Positions 44,044 to 62,811 of a DNA stretch of 64,000 bases are shown here, piece by piece. Origin of the DNA: Chrysomallon squamiferum (Eukaryota; Animalia; Mollusca); assembly GCA_012295275.1 (NCBI GenBank), contig CM022670.1:39928001-39992000 (forward strand). Direction: 5' to 3'. The translations under genes were made by a program, and so were the position numbers. Under the pieces are notes generated by a model, which worked only from the letters and a program-made list of their open reading frames with translations, was not told the origin of the DNA and did not search any database. Each line of letters starts with the position of its first letter. Position 1 is the first letter of the stretch.

Positions 44044-44931
44044 ATGGAAGCGTGGCCATTGATTCTAACAGTAAGTTTATTTTGTTATTAAACTGGATTA
44101 TTTTATATATTAAATTGAATTTATAGCAATTATTTACTAAGTGTTTTCATTCTTTATTTTTGGTTTATCTTCAGAGTTGAAGACACTGTAATTTAATTTT
44201 TTTATATTTTGTTTTATGATCAGTTTGATACTAATCGGTGTTATAAAATAACGGATTCTTTGTTACGCTTGTTTTTCGGGCGAATGTCGGAATCTCGTAT
44301 CGCTTAAGAAATTAACAAAAAAATAAATACATTAAAATGTTACTGAACGATAAGCAGATTTCTGTCTACAACATACACATGCCTCACAGCATCGTCAGCA
44401 ACGAGGTGCCGTGCTGTCTGAACGACCACCTGCCCTCAGTCGTGGCCACCAACTCTGTTTTCAGTTCAATGTCGTCGCGACCTCTTCAAGACTGATCGTT
44501 CTTCAACAGCCCTTGAGCGCATGGCCACATAGCGAGCAGAAAGCAGCAGCTTTGTAACATCCTGCACCTGACGACGATTTCCCACCTTCTGTCCCCACAA
44601 GTCAAGACAGTTAACTTGATTCTCTCACATTAAAAAGCACCACGGATTTGTTCGTTCTTTCTTACGATCTGCTCCCTGTGTTTGAGGTTTTTGTTTTCTT
44701 GATAAATTATGAAGCACTGCTGTCAGAGGTTTGGCGAAAGTGGTCATTCTAGTCGTACATTTTATCAATATTTTATAAGTGCACAGATAAGTACACACAT
44801 AAGTATACACATACACAAACACACTCCTACAGACATAAACACATACATACACACATGTACATACATATGTTCACACACATATATACATATTGCATACACA
44901 AACAGTCATACATATACACATACGTACACAG

Positions 44932-44979
<48 letters not shown>

Positions 44980-45600
44980 CTTTCAGCTTTATTTCAGTTA
45001 ACAAGATTCGGTATAACATTAACGTTCATATACAGAAGGAGTGCTACCTTTCATTGTTAACATGGATTCTAGTTATGAAGAAAAAAAGACAATTATAATT
45101 TTTTTTTCATCCGTACACATTATCACCCAAACTCCCTTTTCAATACACAACTTTATGATGTAATAAAATGCAAAAATATCGATTGTAATTCCAGCTGATG
45201 TACATTTCCAGTCATTTATAAACACATTGTCTTGCTACAGCAATATGTTACATTCATATAGCTCAATTCTGCTTTATGCATTAATAATGTAAAACAACAG
45301 AAGGATTGTAGCAGCATTTTATTTAATGACTCACTCGACACATTTGTAATGTAAGATGAGAGATACGCGAAATCTGTTCATTCAGTTTCAAGCAAATGTA
45401 AACTACTCGTTCTTTGAGCCTAGTTTTTAAAAATAAACTAGTAAAATAATCTTTGTTGTGTTTATTTTCTGTTTCAGATTTTTTGTATCAGTTTTGCTGT
45501 GGCTGAACAAAACGCGAGCACTCGAGGTAAGTTTGTGAATGTTCCAGCAAAAACCTCATTTAATAACTGTTACTATTGTTTCTTTGTTTGTTTATTTGTT

Positions 45601-45632
<32 letters not shown>

Positions 45633-46343
45633 TGTTTGTTTATTTTATTTATTTTTATTGTTGTTACTATTGCTGTTGTTGTTGTTGTTGTTGTTATTAA
45701 GTAATCTTTTTGAAATGAAGCATTACTGACCAAATACAGCTCATTACAAACAGTCAATTGTTGATCCTATACAAAAATAATGATCAGTTATTCATACTGC
45801 ATGACGTAACGATTCTGAACTGGGATTAATGTGAGAGGATTAATGAGATAAAAGAAAACGATCAAGTTTAATTTCTCTGCAGAGTGCGTATTAAATAGTT
45901 CTTCGTATTATTAACACGACTTGGTAAATGATTTCAGATCTACGCGAAGGTGCATGCAGATACAATTCATTTTCTGGTATCTTATGGCAACTTACGGAAT
46001 TGCTTTCTCACGTCATTATTATCTAAATCTCTAACAACCATATTTGCTTTTTCCAGAAACTTCTGCTGAACAGTTTGAATGCAGCTTCAACGAAATGTGC
46101 AAAAACGTGCATCGTAGCTTCACCGTCATCAACGGCAAAGTAATTTGTTGTTTGAATGGTCGGGTTCCGCTGGTAAGCGTAATTAATGGCAACATGTCCT
46201 GCACGTGCGATCCGAAAAAGACGATGACGGCAAAAGAAGCCTCGATTTTCCTTAGAAAAATGATCCAGACTATGTCGCGACGCGTTGAAAACGAGATACA
46301 AGACTCGATTAGAAATATGGGACGTTTGATGAATTCCATTTAA
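44044..46343 (+). CDS. Small secreted Cys-rich protein B1 (120 aa), paralog of A
   Basis: Exons 44044-44070 (MEAWPLILT|gtaag), 45478-45526 (IFCISFAVAEQNASTR), 46057-46343. Same exon phases (0,1) and same Cys spacing as A, shared CCLNG and SCTCDPxKTMT; AATAAA downstream. Confidence 0.87.
44358..44495 (+). pseudogene. A-like relic exon (C1) inside B1 intron 1
   Basis: Translates NIHMPHSIVSNEVPCCLNDHLPSVVATNSVF, homologous to A (SVHVPHSIINNDVFCCLNGQLPSVVAINSVV); other cysteines lost, early stop. Confidence 0.75.
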
Positions 46344-46413
46344 AAAAAAACCAGAACACAAAACAAAAATAATAAAGCTTAGCAGTTACAAATGTTTATT
46401 AATTATTTTTCTT

Positions 46414-46451
<38 letters not shown>

Positions 46452-46622
46452 ATGTCACAGTGACTAGACTGAGTGGTATTACTACCTAAAATTAGGGTAG
46501 CAGACTATAACAGCGTCACGTGACACGGTGTTAATTATCTGACACGGCTTAAACTACTAAATGACTATTCTGTATCCACTAGAGAACAACAACACAGACA
46601 CGAATTCAATATGGATAATTGG

Positions 46623-46661
<39 letters not shown>

Positions 46662-47105
46662 TTTTACACAAATCAACCCGAAAGGGTCATATATAGTTAT
46701 ATAGTTAAATCTTACGGTTCGAAGATACGTTATGAAAGCAAACAGTGTTGACAAATAATACAAAACCAATTCAGCCCAGTTGATTACTTGATCTTTCTAG
46801 ATACTCTTTTTAATTATTAAAATACATTAACCTCGTATTATAAATGTATTACCACAGAATAACACCATAAAAATTCAACAGTAATAGATTAAGCTATCTT
46901 AAATAATTCAGTATGTATGTTACATATATAGAGAGAGAGAGAGAGAGAGAGTAATAAAACAAGGCATTTAATAAAACAAGGCATTTGACTCCTATCAGAA
47001 TACATAAAGTCTAGAAGAATATTCAGTCATTTTAGAAATTTCAGTGTTTTGTCAACGGATTCTTTAGCGACATATAATTCAAGTAGTTATTGTTGTTTTT
47101 TTCTT

Positions 47106-49209
<2,104 letters not shown>

Positions 49210-49572
49210 TTTTAGACGAAAATTTCCAACAAATATCTTAAGTAAAGTATCCTGAAAGAAAAGAAAAACAGAATAAAAATGAAATAAAGAAAAACAAAGA
49301 AAATGACACGTGTCTGTCTCAATGCATAAAATATTGTTATAATATTAATAATCATTTGTCGAAACTAACATAAGTCTAAATCGCTCTTTTATGATGCCAG
49401 ACAAATCAGAAAAGATCGATAAAGTTAAGATTTTATTTATCTATTAATAACTGTCAATATGTTATAAATCATGAGCACTGTTTAAAATAAAAAGGTGAGA
49501 TCAGATAGGTGTAATTTTTTGAACTTTGAACACACTTATAGTGGTGTATAAAAAGAAAATAATAATAATAAA

Positions 49573-49606
<34 letters not shown>

Positions 49607-49855
49607 ATTTTATATATTCACCTTTTTCACCGTTGTCTTGTGAATTTTTTCTCTTAGAGACTTTATCTCATGGTGTGTGTTGTCACTTACGTTGCGCTAG
49701 ATGGTCTACAGATAACATTCCATTCGTATACTTTTATCTGTTTAAGTGTAAACAAAGAAGCGTACCCGAGGTTGAATGAAGCAATATCTAAAAATAAACA
49801 CCACCATCAGTCATCTTTTTTTTAATCTGTCATGAGGTTTTTTGAATAAATACAA

Positions 49856-49910
<55 letters not shown>

Positions 49911-50332
49911 GAATTTTAAAAAAGCAATAAACATTAAAAAGATGGTGGAAAATTGACAGATGTGTGAATTCCACATCAACAGAAACCTATATTTTAAGTA
50001 CTGAAATAGCAAAGTCAGTTACGAAGAAGAAATTTACCTGTACCGTCTCCTGGTCTATAAAACAACCTGTTAGTGAAAGTTGATGCCAATTAAAAATCTA
50101 CAGGGCGTCCGTGAAGTTACTATAGAGTTAATCTGAAAACAGCTCTTTTAAACAGGTGCATTCGTTCCAAACTGAATCACGACAATGGCTCATGTCTTGC
50201 GACGCAGTTGGTCTGATGCAAGTTCTAAATATAGTTCACACTATTATTTTTTTTTAAATAACTCGAAACTAAAGGTCCTCACTGCAGATAAGGTAACTTG
50301 TAAAGTTGATATAGATGTTCGCTTTTTTTCAG

Positions 50333-50750
50333 GTCAGTTTGCTCTGTGTTTCTGTGTGTACCCAGTCTGGTGATGGTTAGTGTATCAGTAGAAGAATACT
50401 GCATTAAATTAGGACGAGGATAAATACGCACTGATTTACATCGGTCTTGTTAATATTCGTTCAAATAGCCTTTTAATTAGTCCCGTTAAAGAATGAATAG
50501 CCGAACGAATGAATGAATGAACAATAGATATAAACAAATACAAACAGACGTAACTAAATAAATAATATTAATGAGTTACGTACACATTAATATTCGTAGA
50601 CTTTATACTTACAAATTATTATTTTTTCAGTCTTTAACAGTGTGTGACAATAAAATAATGCACTCTTTTGTTGTTATATTTCATTATTAAGACTGGTTTT
50701 AACTAATAATAATAAAAATAACAACAACAACAACAACAACAACAACAAAA

Positions 50751-50785
<35 letters not shown>

Positions 50786-51224
50786 AAGACGTAAAATATT
50801 TTCTGTCCACACTTTCATTACAGCTATTTTGAACTTTTCATCACATACTGAGGTTTCTGTGAAGACATTAACCTCTTACATTGCAGGTAACAGTTCTGAC
50901 TGTGGCGTTAACGACGATTGTAAAAGTGTCCACGTGCCTCACAGCATCATCAACAATGACGTAGTTTGCTGCCTCAATGGCCAACTGCCTTCAGTCGTCG
51001 CCATCAACTCTGTTGTCTCCTGCACGTGCGACCCTTCCAAAACGATGACGCCAGAAGAACTTCAGACGATGTTGTCGTCCATTGGCCGCAACGTGCAACA
51101 CACCCTGTCCTCCGTGACTCATAATTTGCAACACACCCTCTCGTCTGTGGGACACACGCTAGAGGGCGTTTTGAACGGCGTGAAAACCACCTTGTCTGCT
51201 GACTTGAGCAATCTCTTCGGTTGA
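50333..51224 (+). CDS. Protein A2: exons 2-3 intact, one fewer 11-mer repeat, no local ATG exon found
   Basis: Exons 50333-50369 and 50887-51224 (33 nt shorter than A1). Homology to A1 intron 1 stops near 50265. May be a 5'-truncated pseudogene. Confidence 0.6.
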
Positions 51225-51773
51225 AATAAATGCGAATCAGATTCAAAATCGTTTTTATTTGTTTTCATTTGTTATTGATATTTATTTATTTAATTTGTTT
51301 TCTTTTCATGTGTTGTTATGTTTTTGTTTTTATTTCTTTTGATTTTGATTTTGATTTTATTTTAATTATTATTATTATTATTATTATATATATCTTATCT
51401 ATTTTCATTTTCACTTTTTTATATTTCTCTTTTACCTGCTTTGATTTCAACGTATTATTTTTATTTATTTTTCTACCTATTCTGTTGTTGGTTGTAAAAG
51501 TTTAAATTATATACGACTAAACTGGTTCCATTGTTTTAGCTGCATGTTTGCATGGACGGAAATAGGTAATTCTGGTTTAATCGAACGTTATCTCTGAATG
51601 GTTTTTAACAAAGCTAATAACTATTCATGCCCAGAGCTGGGATATTTTAAACGTGCCAAGCACTGAACCATCCCACATCGCTTCATCCAGTGAAAAAACA
51701 GATACATCATCTAGCAGGCAGCTGATAAAAACCACGACAGTCTCGATAAACGATCAGTCTGGACTTCGATAAC

Positions 51774-53427
51774 ATGGAAGCGTGGCCAGTGATTCTAACA
51801 GTAAGTTTATTTTGTTATTAAACTGGATTATTTTATATATTAAATTGAATTTATAGCAATTATTTACTAAGTGTTTTCATTCTTTATTTTTGGTTTATCT
51901 TCAGAGTTGAAGACACTGTAATTTAATTTTTTTATATTTTGTTTTATGATCAGTTTGATACTAATAGGTGTTATAAAATAACGGATTCTTTGTTACGCTT
52001 GTTTTTCGGGCGAATGTCGGAATCTCGTATCGCTTAAGAAATTAACAAAAAAATAAATACATTAAAATGTTACTGAACGATAAGCAGATTTCTGTCTACA
52101 ACATACACATGCCTCACAGCATCGTCAGCAACGAGGTGCCGTGCTGTCTGAACGACCACCTGCCCTCAGTCGTGGCCACCAACTCTGTTTACACTTCAAT
52201 GTCGTCGCGACCTCTTCAAGACTGATCGTTCTTCTACAGCCCTTGAGCGCATGGCCACATAGCGAGCAGAAAGCAGCAGCTTTGCAACATCCTGCACCTG
52301 ACGACGATTTCCCACCTTCTGTCCCCACAAGTCAAGACAGTTAACTTGATTCTCTCACATTAAAAAGCACCACGGATTTGTTCGTTCTTTCTTACGATCT
52401 CCTCCCTGTGTTTGAGATTTTTGTTTTTTTGGATAAATTATGAATTGTTGAAAACACCCCGAAGCACTGCTGTCAGAGGTTTGGCGAAAGCGGTCATTCT
52501 AGTCGTACATTTTATCAATATATTATAAGTACACACATAAGTACACACATACATACACACATACACAAACACACTCATACAGACACAAACACATTCTTAC
52601 ACACATGCACATACATACGTTCACACACATATATACATACACACGCGTATACCCGTACATACACATATATACATACATGCATACACAAGCAGTCATACAT
52701 ACACACATACGTACACAGAAACACACAACAGCTTCCTGACACTTAATTTTATTTCAGTTGACAACATTCGGTGTAACGTTAACTTTCTTATATAAAAGGA
52801 GTGCTACCTTTTGTTGTTAACATGGATTCTAGTTATGAAGTAAAAAAAAGATTAAAAAAAAAAAAAAAAAAAAACCTCTTTGAAATAGAAATTATTTTTT
52901 TCATCCGTACACATTATCACCCAAACTCCCTTTTCAATACACAACTTTCTGATGTAATAAAATGCAAAAATATCGATTGTAATTCCAGCTGATGTACATT
53001 TCCAGTCATTTATAAACACATTGTCTTGCTACAGCAATATGTTACATTCATATAACTCAATTCTGCTTTATGCATTAATAATGTAAAACAACAGAAGGAT
53101 TGTAGCAGCATTTTATTTAATGACTCACTCGACACATTTGTAATGTAAGATGAGAGATACGCGAAATCTGTTCATTCAGTTTCAATCAAATGTAAACTAC
53201 TCGTTCTTTGAGCCTAGTTTTTAAAATAAACTAGTAAAATAATCTTTGTTGTGTTTATTTTCTGTTTCAGATTTTTTGTATCAGCTTTGTTGTGGCTCAA
53301 CAAAACGCGAGCACTCCAGGTAAGTTTGTGAATGTTCCAGCAAAAAACTCATTTAATAACTGTTACTATTGTTTGTTTGTTTGAAGTTTAGTTATTTAAT
53401 ACTTTGTTTGTTTGTTTGTTTGTTTGT

Positions 53428-53473
<46 letters not shown>

Positions 53474-54223
53474 TATTTTTGTATTTATTTTATTTAATAA
53501 AATTTAATTTAATTTAATTTTTTTATTTATTTACTTACTTACTTATATACTTATTTATTTTTATTATTATTATTATTGCTGCTGTTGTTGTTGTTATTAA
53601 GTAATCTTTTTGAAATGAAGCATTACTGACCAAATACAGCTCATTACAAACAGTCAACTGTTGATCCTTTACAAAAATAATGATCGTAACGATTCTGAAC
53701 TGGGATTAATGTGAGAGGATTAACGAGATAAAAGAAAACGATCAAGTTTAATTTCTCTGCAGAGTGCGTATTAAATAGTTCTTCGTATTATTAACACGAC
53801 TTGGTAAATGATTTCAGATCTACGCGAAGGTGCATGCAGATACAATTCATTTTCTGGTATCTTATGGTAACTTACGGAATTGCTTTCTCACGTCATTATT
53901 ATCTAAATCTCTAACAACCATATTTGCTTTTTCCAGAAACTTCTGCTGAACAGTTTGAATGCAGCTTCAACGAAACGTGCAAAAGCGTGAATGGCAGCCT
54001 CACCGTCATCAACGGCAAAGTAATTTGTTGTTTGAATGGTCGGGTTCCGCTGGTAAACGTAATTAATGGCACCATGTCCTGCACGTGCGATCCGAAAATG
54101 ACGATGACGGCAAAAGAAGCCTCGATTTTCCTTAGAATAATGATCGAGACTGAGGCGCGACGCATTGAAAACGAGATACAAGACTCGATTAGAAATATGG
54201 AACGTTTGATGAATTCCATTTAA
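51774..54223 (+). CDS. Small secreted Cys-rich protein B2 (120 aa)
   Basis: Exons 51774-51800 (MEAWPVILT), 53271-53319, 53937-54223; splice sites and frame intact. Confidence 0.87.
52088..52225 (+). pseudogene. A-like relic exon (C2) inside B2 intron 1
   Basis: Near-identical to 44358-44495. Confidence 0.72.
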
Positions 54224-54611
54224 AAAAAAACCAGAACACAAAACAAAAATAATAAAGCTTAGCAGTTACAAATGTTTATTAATTATTTTTCTGTAGTAGT
54301 AGTAGTAGTAGTAATGTAAAGGAACAAAAGAACAAAAATGAAGGAGCAGAATAAAATAATGAGAGAGAGAGAGAGTAATAAAAGAAGGCATATCAAGATA
54401 TATAAAGTCTAGAAGAATATTCAATTATTTCAGAAGTTACTGTATTTTGTCAACGGATTCTTCAGCCTCGTATAATTCAAGTCTGTGTAAGAAATGGAAA
54501 CTAAGTACAATCCATACTTCTGACAGTCGGAAAGAAAAAAGTTGATCTTATGACAGTAGTTTTTATCTTCTTTTCCTTTCTTGTTTTCAGTCTTTTTTTT
54601 TCCTTTTTTTT

Positions 54612-55380
<769 letters not shown>

Positions 55381-55568
55381 TTTTATTACGTTTTAATAAA
55401 ACAAGGCATTTGACTCCTATCAGAATACATAAAGTCTAGAAGAATATTCAGTCATTTTAGAAATTTCAGTGTTTTGTCAACGGATTCTTTAGCGACATAT
55501 AATTCAAGTCTGTGTAAGAAATGGAAAATTCTTGATCGGGTGTCAGTAGTTATTGTTGTTTTTTTCTT

Positions 55569-57751
<2,183 letters not shown>

Positions 57752-59333
57752 GTTTCGATGAAAATTTCTAACAAATATCTTAAGTAAAGTATCCTGAAAA
57801 AATAAAAATAAATAAATAAAAAATAAAAATGAAATAAAGAAAAACAAATGACACGTGTCTGTCTCAATGCATAAAATATTGTTATAATATTAATAATCAT
57901 TTGTCGAAACCAACGTAAGTCTAAACCGGCTCTTTTATGATGTCAGACAAATCAGTAAAGATCGATAAAGTTAAGACTTTATTTATCTATTTATAATTGT
58001 AACATTTACATAAAATAAACAGAGTTTTATTACATACTTAACTACACTTATCAGTGCTAACGTGTGGTGTATGTCAATATGTTATAAATCATGAGCACTG
58101 TCTTAAATAAATACTTGACTTCAGATAAGGCGCAATTTTCAAATCATTTATCTTTCCTGGGGGAAAAAATAATTCATGCAACCGCTAAAGCCGCATAAAA
58201 GATTTACTTGTTTGTGTGAAAAATTCACACACTGTGTTAGATGAGTGAATTCCACATCAACAGAAACCTATATTTTAAGTACTGAAATAGCAAAGACAAC
58301 TACGAAGAAGAAATTTACCTGTACCGTCTCCTGGTCTATAAAACAACCTGTTAGTGAAAGTTGATGCACAATTAAAAATATATAAACCAAAAAAAAAAAA
58401 AAAAATAATAATAATTATAATTATTTGAAAATATCTGGCAGACACAAAGTAGTGTAGATAATCATATAGAAAATTTCCAATAATCCGTTTACCTGTAAAA
58501 TATATAGAGTTTTATTACATACTTAACTACACTTATCAGTGCTAACGTGTGTTGTATGCCAATGTGTTATAAATCACGAGCACTGTCTTAAATAAATACG
58601 TGATATCAGATAAGGTGTACTTTATTGAACTTTGAACACACTTGTAATAGTGGATAAAAAGAAAATAATAATAATAATAATAATAAAAAAAGAATTTTAA
58701 AACAGCAATAAACACTAAAAAGATGGTAATCTTCCATCAATTTATTTTATTTTTTTTTTTATTTCATATTTTTGTTCTTAAGAAAATGAAATGGGGAGGG
58801 CAAATAATAACTATATTAAAAGTAAAATAAAACAAAAGAATCCAAAATATATAGATTTATGATTGGAAGTTATAAAAATTACTTATTTGCAATTTTCAAA
58901 TCATTCATCTTTGCCGACTGTCGAGCTTTTCATTTTACTGGGGAAAAAAATGACAATCGAACTGTGAATTCCACATCAACAGAAACATCTATTTTAAGTA
59001 CTGAAATAGCAAAGACAATTACGAAGAAGAAATTTACCTGTACCGTCTCCTGATCTATAAAACAACCTGTCAGTGAAAGTTGATGCACAATTAAAAATCT
59101 ACAGGGCGTACGTGAAGTTACTATACAGTTAATCTGAAAACAGCTCTTTTAAACAGGTGCATTCGTTCCAAACTGAATCACGACAATGGCTCATGTCTTG
59201 CGACGCAGTTGGTCTGATGCAAGTTCTAAATATAGTTCACGCTATTAATTTTTTAAAAATGACTCGGTGCTAAATGGTCTCACTCCAGATAAAGTAACTT
59301 GTAAAGCTGATACAGATGTTCGCTTTTTTTCAG

Positions 59334-60525
59334 GTCAGTTTGCTCTGTGTTTCTGTGTGTACCCAGTCTGGTGACGGTCGGTGCATCAGTAGAAGAATAC
59401 TGCATTAAATTAGGACGAGGATAAATACGCACTGATTTACATCGGTCTTGTTAATATTCGTTCAAATAGCCTTTTAATTAGTCCCGTTAAAGAATGAATA
59501 GCCGAACGAATGAATGAATGAACAATAGATATAAACAAATACAAACAGACGTAACTAAATAAATAATATTAATATATGTAGACTTTTGCAGTTTATATCG
59601 AACATTTAATTTATCACTTTTAAAATGCACGTGATTAAATACGAATGAATAGTCTAAAAATTCTTTATACTTACAAATTATTATTTTTTCAGTCTTTAAC
59701 AGTGTGTGACAATAAAATAATGCAATTTGTTGTTGTTGTATTTCATTATTAAGACTGGTTTTAACTAATAATAATAAAAATAACAACAACAACAACAACA
59801 ACAACAATAATAATAAATAAATCAATAAATAAATAAATAAATAAATAAATAAAAGACGTAAAATATTTTCTGTCCACACTTTCATTACAGCTATTTTGAA
59901 ATGTTCATCACATACTGAGGTTTCTGTGAAGACATTAACCTCTTACATTGCAGGTAACAGTTCTGACTGTGGCGTTAACGACGATTGTAAAAGTGTCCAC
60001 GTGCCTCACAGCATCATCAGCAATGACGTAGTTTGCTGCCTCAATGGCCAACTGCCTTCAGTCGTCGCCATCAACTCTGTTGTCTCTTGCACGTGCGACC
60101 CTTCCAAAACGATGACGCCAGAAGAACTTCAGACGATGTCCTGTCCTCCGTGACTCATAATTTGCAACACACCCTGTCCTCCGTGACTCATAATTTGCAA
60201 CACACCCTGTCCTCCGTGACTCATAATTTGCAACACACCCTGTCCTCCGTGACTCATAATTTGCAACACACCCTGTCCTCCGTGACATACGTCCATTGTC
60301 CTCCGTGACTCATAATTTGCAACGTCCTCCGTGACAACACACCCCCTGTCCTCCGTGACTCATAATTTGCAACACACCCTGTCCTCCGTGACTCATAATT
60401 TGCAACACACCCTGTCCTCCGTGACTCATGTGGGACACACCCTGTCCTCCGGGACGTTTTTGCAACACACCCTGCGTGAAAACCACCCCTGTCTGCTGAC
60501 TTGAGCAATCTCTTCCTCCGGTTGA
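59334..60525 (+). pseudogene. Protein A3: expanded and frameshifted 33-bp repeat array, no local ATG exon (pseudogene or mis-assembled)
   Basis: Exon 2 at 59334-59370, exon 3 from 59954. Frame breaks at ~60138 and is followed by about 10 or more perfect and garbled copies of caacacaccctgtcctccgtgactcataatttg. Confidence 0.7.
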
Positions 60526-61126
60526 AATAAATGCGACTCAGATTCAAAATCGTTTTTATTTGTTTTCATTTGTTATTGATATTTATTTATTTAATTTGTT
60601 TTTATTTTTTCATTTGTTATTGTTGTTTATTTTTTGTTTTTTTCATTTTTTTATGTTTTTTTTATTTTGATTTTGATTTTGTTTTTATTTTTATCTATTA
60701 TTATTATTATTATTATTATTTTATTTTATATATATATATTATCTATTTTTTCATTTTTATTATTATTTTTCATATTTCTCATTTTCACCTGTTTTGATTT
60801 CAACGTATTATTTTTATTTATTTTTCTACCTATTCTGTTGTTGGTTGTAAAAGTTTAAATTATATACGACTAAACTGGTTCCATTGTTTTAGCTGCATGT
60901 TTGCATGGACGGAAATAGATAATTCTGGTTTAATCGAACGTTCTCTCTGAATGGTTTTTAATAAAGCTAATAGCTATTCATGCCCAGAGCTGGGATATTT
61001 TAAACGTGCCAAGCACTGAACCATCCCACATCACTTCATCCAGTGAAAAAACAGATGCATCATCTAGCAGGCAGCTGATAAAAACCACGACAGTCTCGAT
61101 AAACGATCAGTCTGGACTTCGATAAC

Positions 61127-62745
61127 ATGGAAGCGTGGCCAGTGATTCTAACAGTAAGTTTATTTTGTTATTAAACTGGATTATTTTATATATTAATTTG
61201 AATTTATAGCAATTATTTACTAAGTGTTTTCATTCTTTATTTTTGGTTTATCTTCAGAGTTGAAGACACTGTAATTTAATTTTTTTATATTTTGTTTCAT
61301 GATCAGTTTGATACTAATAGGTGTTATAAAATAACGGATTCTTTGTGACGCTTGTTTTTCGGGCGAATGTAGGAATCTCGTATCGCTTAAGAAATTAACA
61401 AAAAAATAAATACATTAAAATGTTATAGAACGATAAGCAGATTTCTGTCTACATCATACACATGCCTCACAGCATCGTCAGCAACGAGGTGCCGTGCTGT
61501 CTGAACGACCACGTGCCCTCAGTCGTGGCCACCAACTCTGTTTACACTTCAATGTCGTCGCGACCTCTTCAAGACTGGTCGTTCTTCTACAGCCCTTGAG
61601 CGCATGGCCACATAGCGAGCAGAAAGCAGCAGCTTTGTAACATCCTGCACCTGACGACGATTTCCCACCTTCTGTCCCCACAAGTCAAGACAGTTAACTT
61701 GATTCTCTCACATTAAAAAGCACCACGGATTTGTTCGTTCTTTCTTACGATCTCCTCCCTGTGTTTGAGGTTTTTGTTTTCTGGATAAATTATGAATTGT
61801 TGAAAACACCCCGAAGCACTGCTGTCAGAGGTTTGGCGAAAGCGGTCATTCTAGTCGTACATTTTATCAGTATATTATAAGTGCACACATAAGTACACAC
61901 ATACATACACACATACACAAACACACTCATACAGACACAAACACATTCTTACACACATGCACATACATACGTTCACACACATATATACATACATGCATAC
62001 ACAAACAGTCATACATACACACATACGTACACAGAAACACACACCAGCTTCCTGACACTTAATTTGATTTCAGTTGACAACATTCGGTGTAACGTTAACT
62101 TTCTTATATAAAAGGAGTGCTACCTTTTGTTGTTAACATGGATTCTAGTTATGAAGTAAAAAAAAGATTTAAAAAGAAAAAAAAAAAAAAAACCTCTTTG
62201 AAATAGAATTATTTTTTTTCATCCGTACACATTATCACCCAAACTCCCTTTTCAATACACAACTTTCTGATGTAATAAAATGCAAAAATATCGATTGTAA
62301 TTCCAGCTGATGTACATTTCCATTCATTTATAAACACATTGTCTTGCTACAGCAATATGTTACATTCATATAGCTCAATTCTGCTTTATGCATTAATAAT
62401 GTAAAACAACAGAAGGATTGTAGCAGCATTTTATTTAATGACTCACTCGACACATTTGTAATGTAAGATGAGAGATACGCGAAATCTGTTCATTCAGTTT
62501 CAATCAAATGTAAACTACTCGTTCTTTGAGCCTAGTTTTTAAAATAAACTAGTAAAATAATCTTTGTTGTGTTTATTTTCTGTTTCAGATTTTTTGTATC
62601 AGCTTTGTTGTGGCTCAACAAAACGCGAGCACACCAGGTAAGTTTGTGAATGTTCCAGCAAAAAACTCATTTAATAACTGTTACTATTGTTTGTTTGTTT
62701 GAAGTTTAGTTATTTAATACTTTGTTTGTTTGTTTGTTTGTTTGT

Positions 62746-62811
<66 letters not shown>

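Noticed and set aside
46023-46361. Two minus-strand ORFs (112 and 102 aa) over B exon 3, recurring in each copy
   Set aside because: Antisense shadows of a real coding exon; they recur only because the unit is duplicated.
49900-50300. NF-kB or IRF sites upstream of the cGLRs
   Set aside because: Only weak partial matches, expected by chance in AT-rich DNA.
52125-52344. GC-rich ORFs MGTEGGKSS... and MLSERPPAL...
   Set aside because: Off-frame or antisense readings of the relic C exon and its flank; a stop interrupts the plus-strand one in the other two copies.
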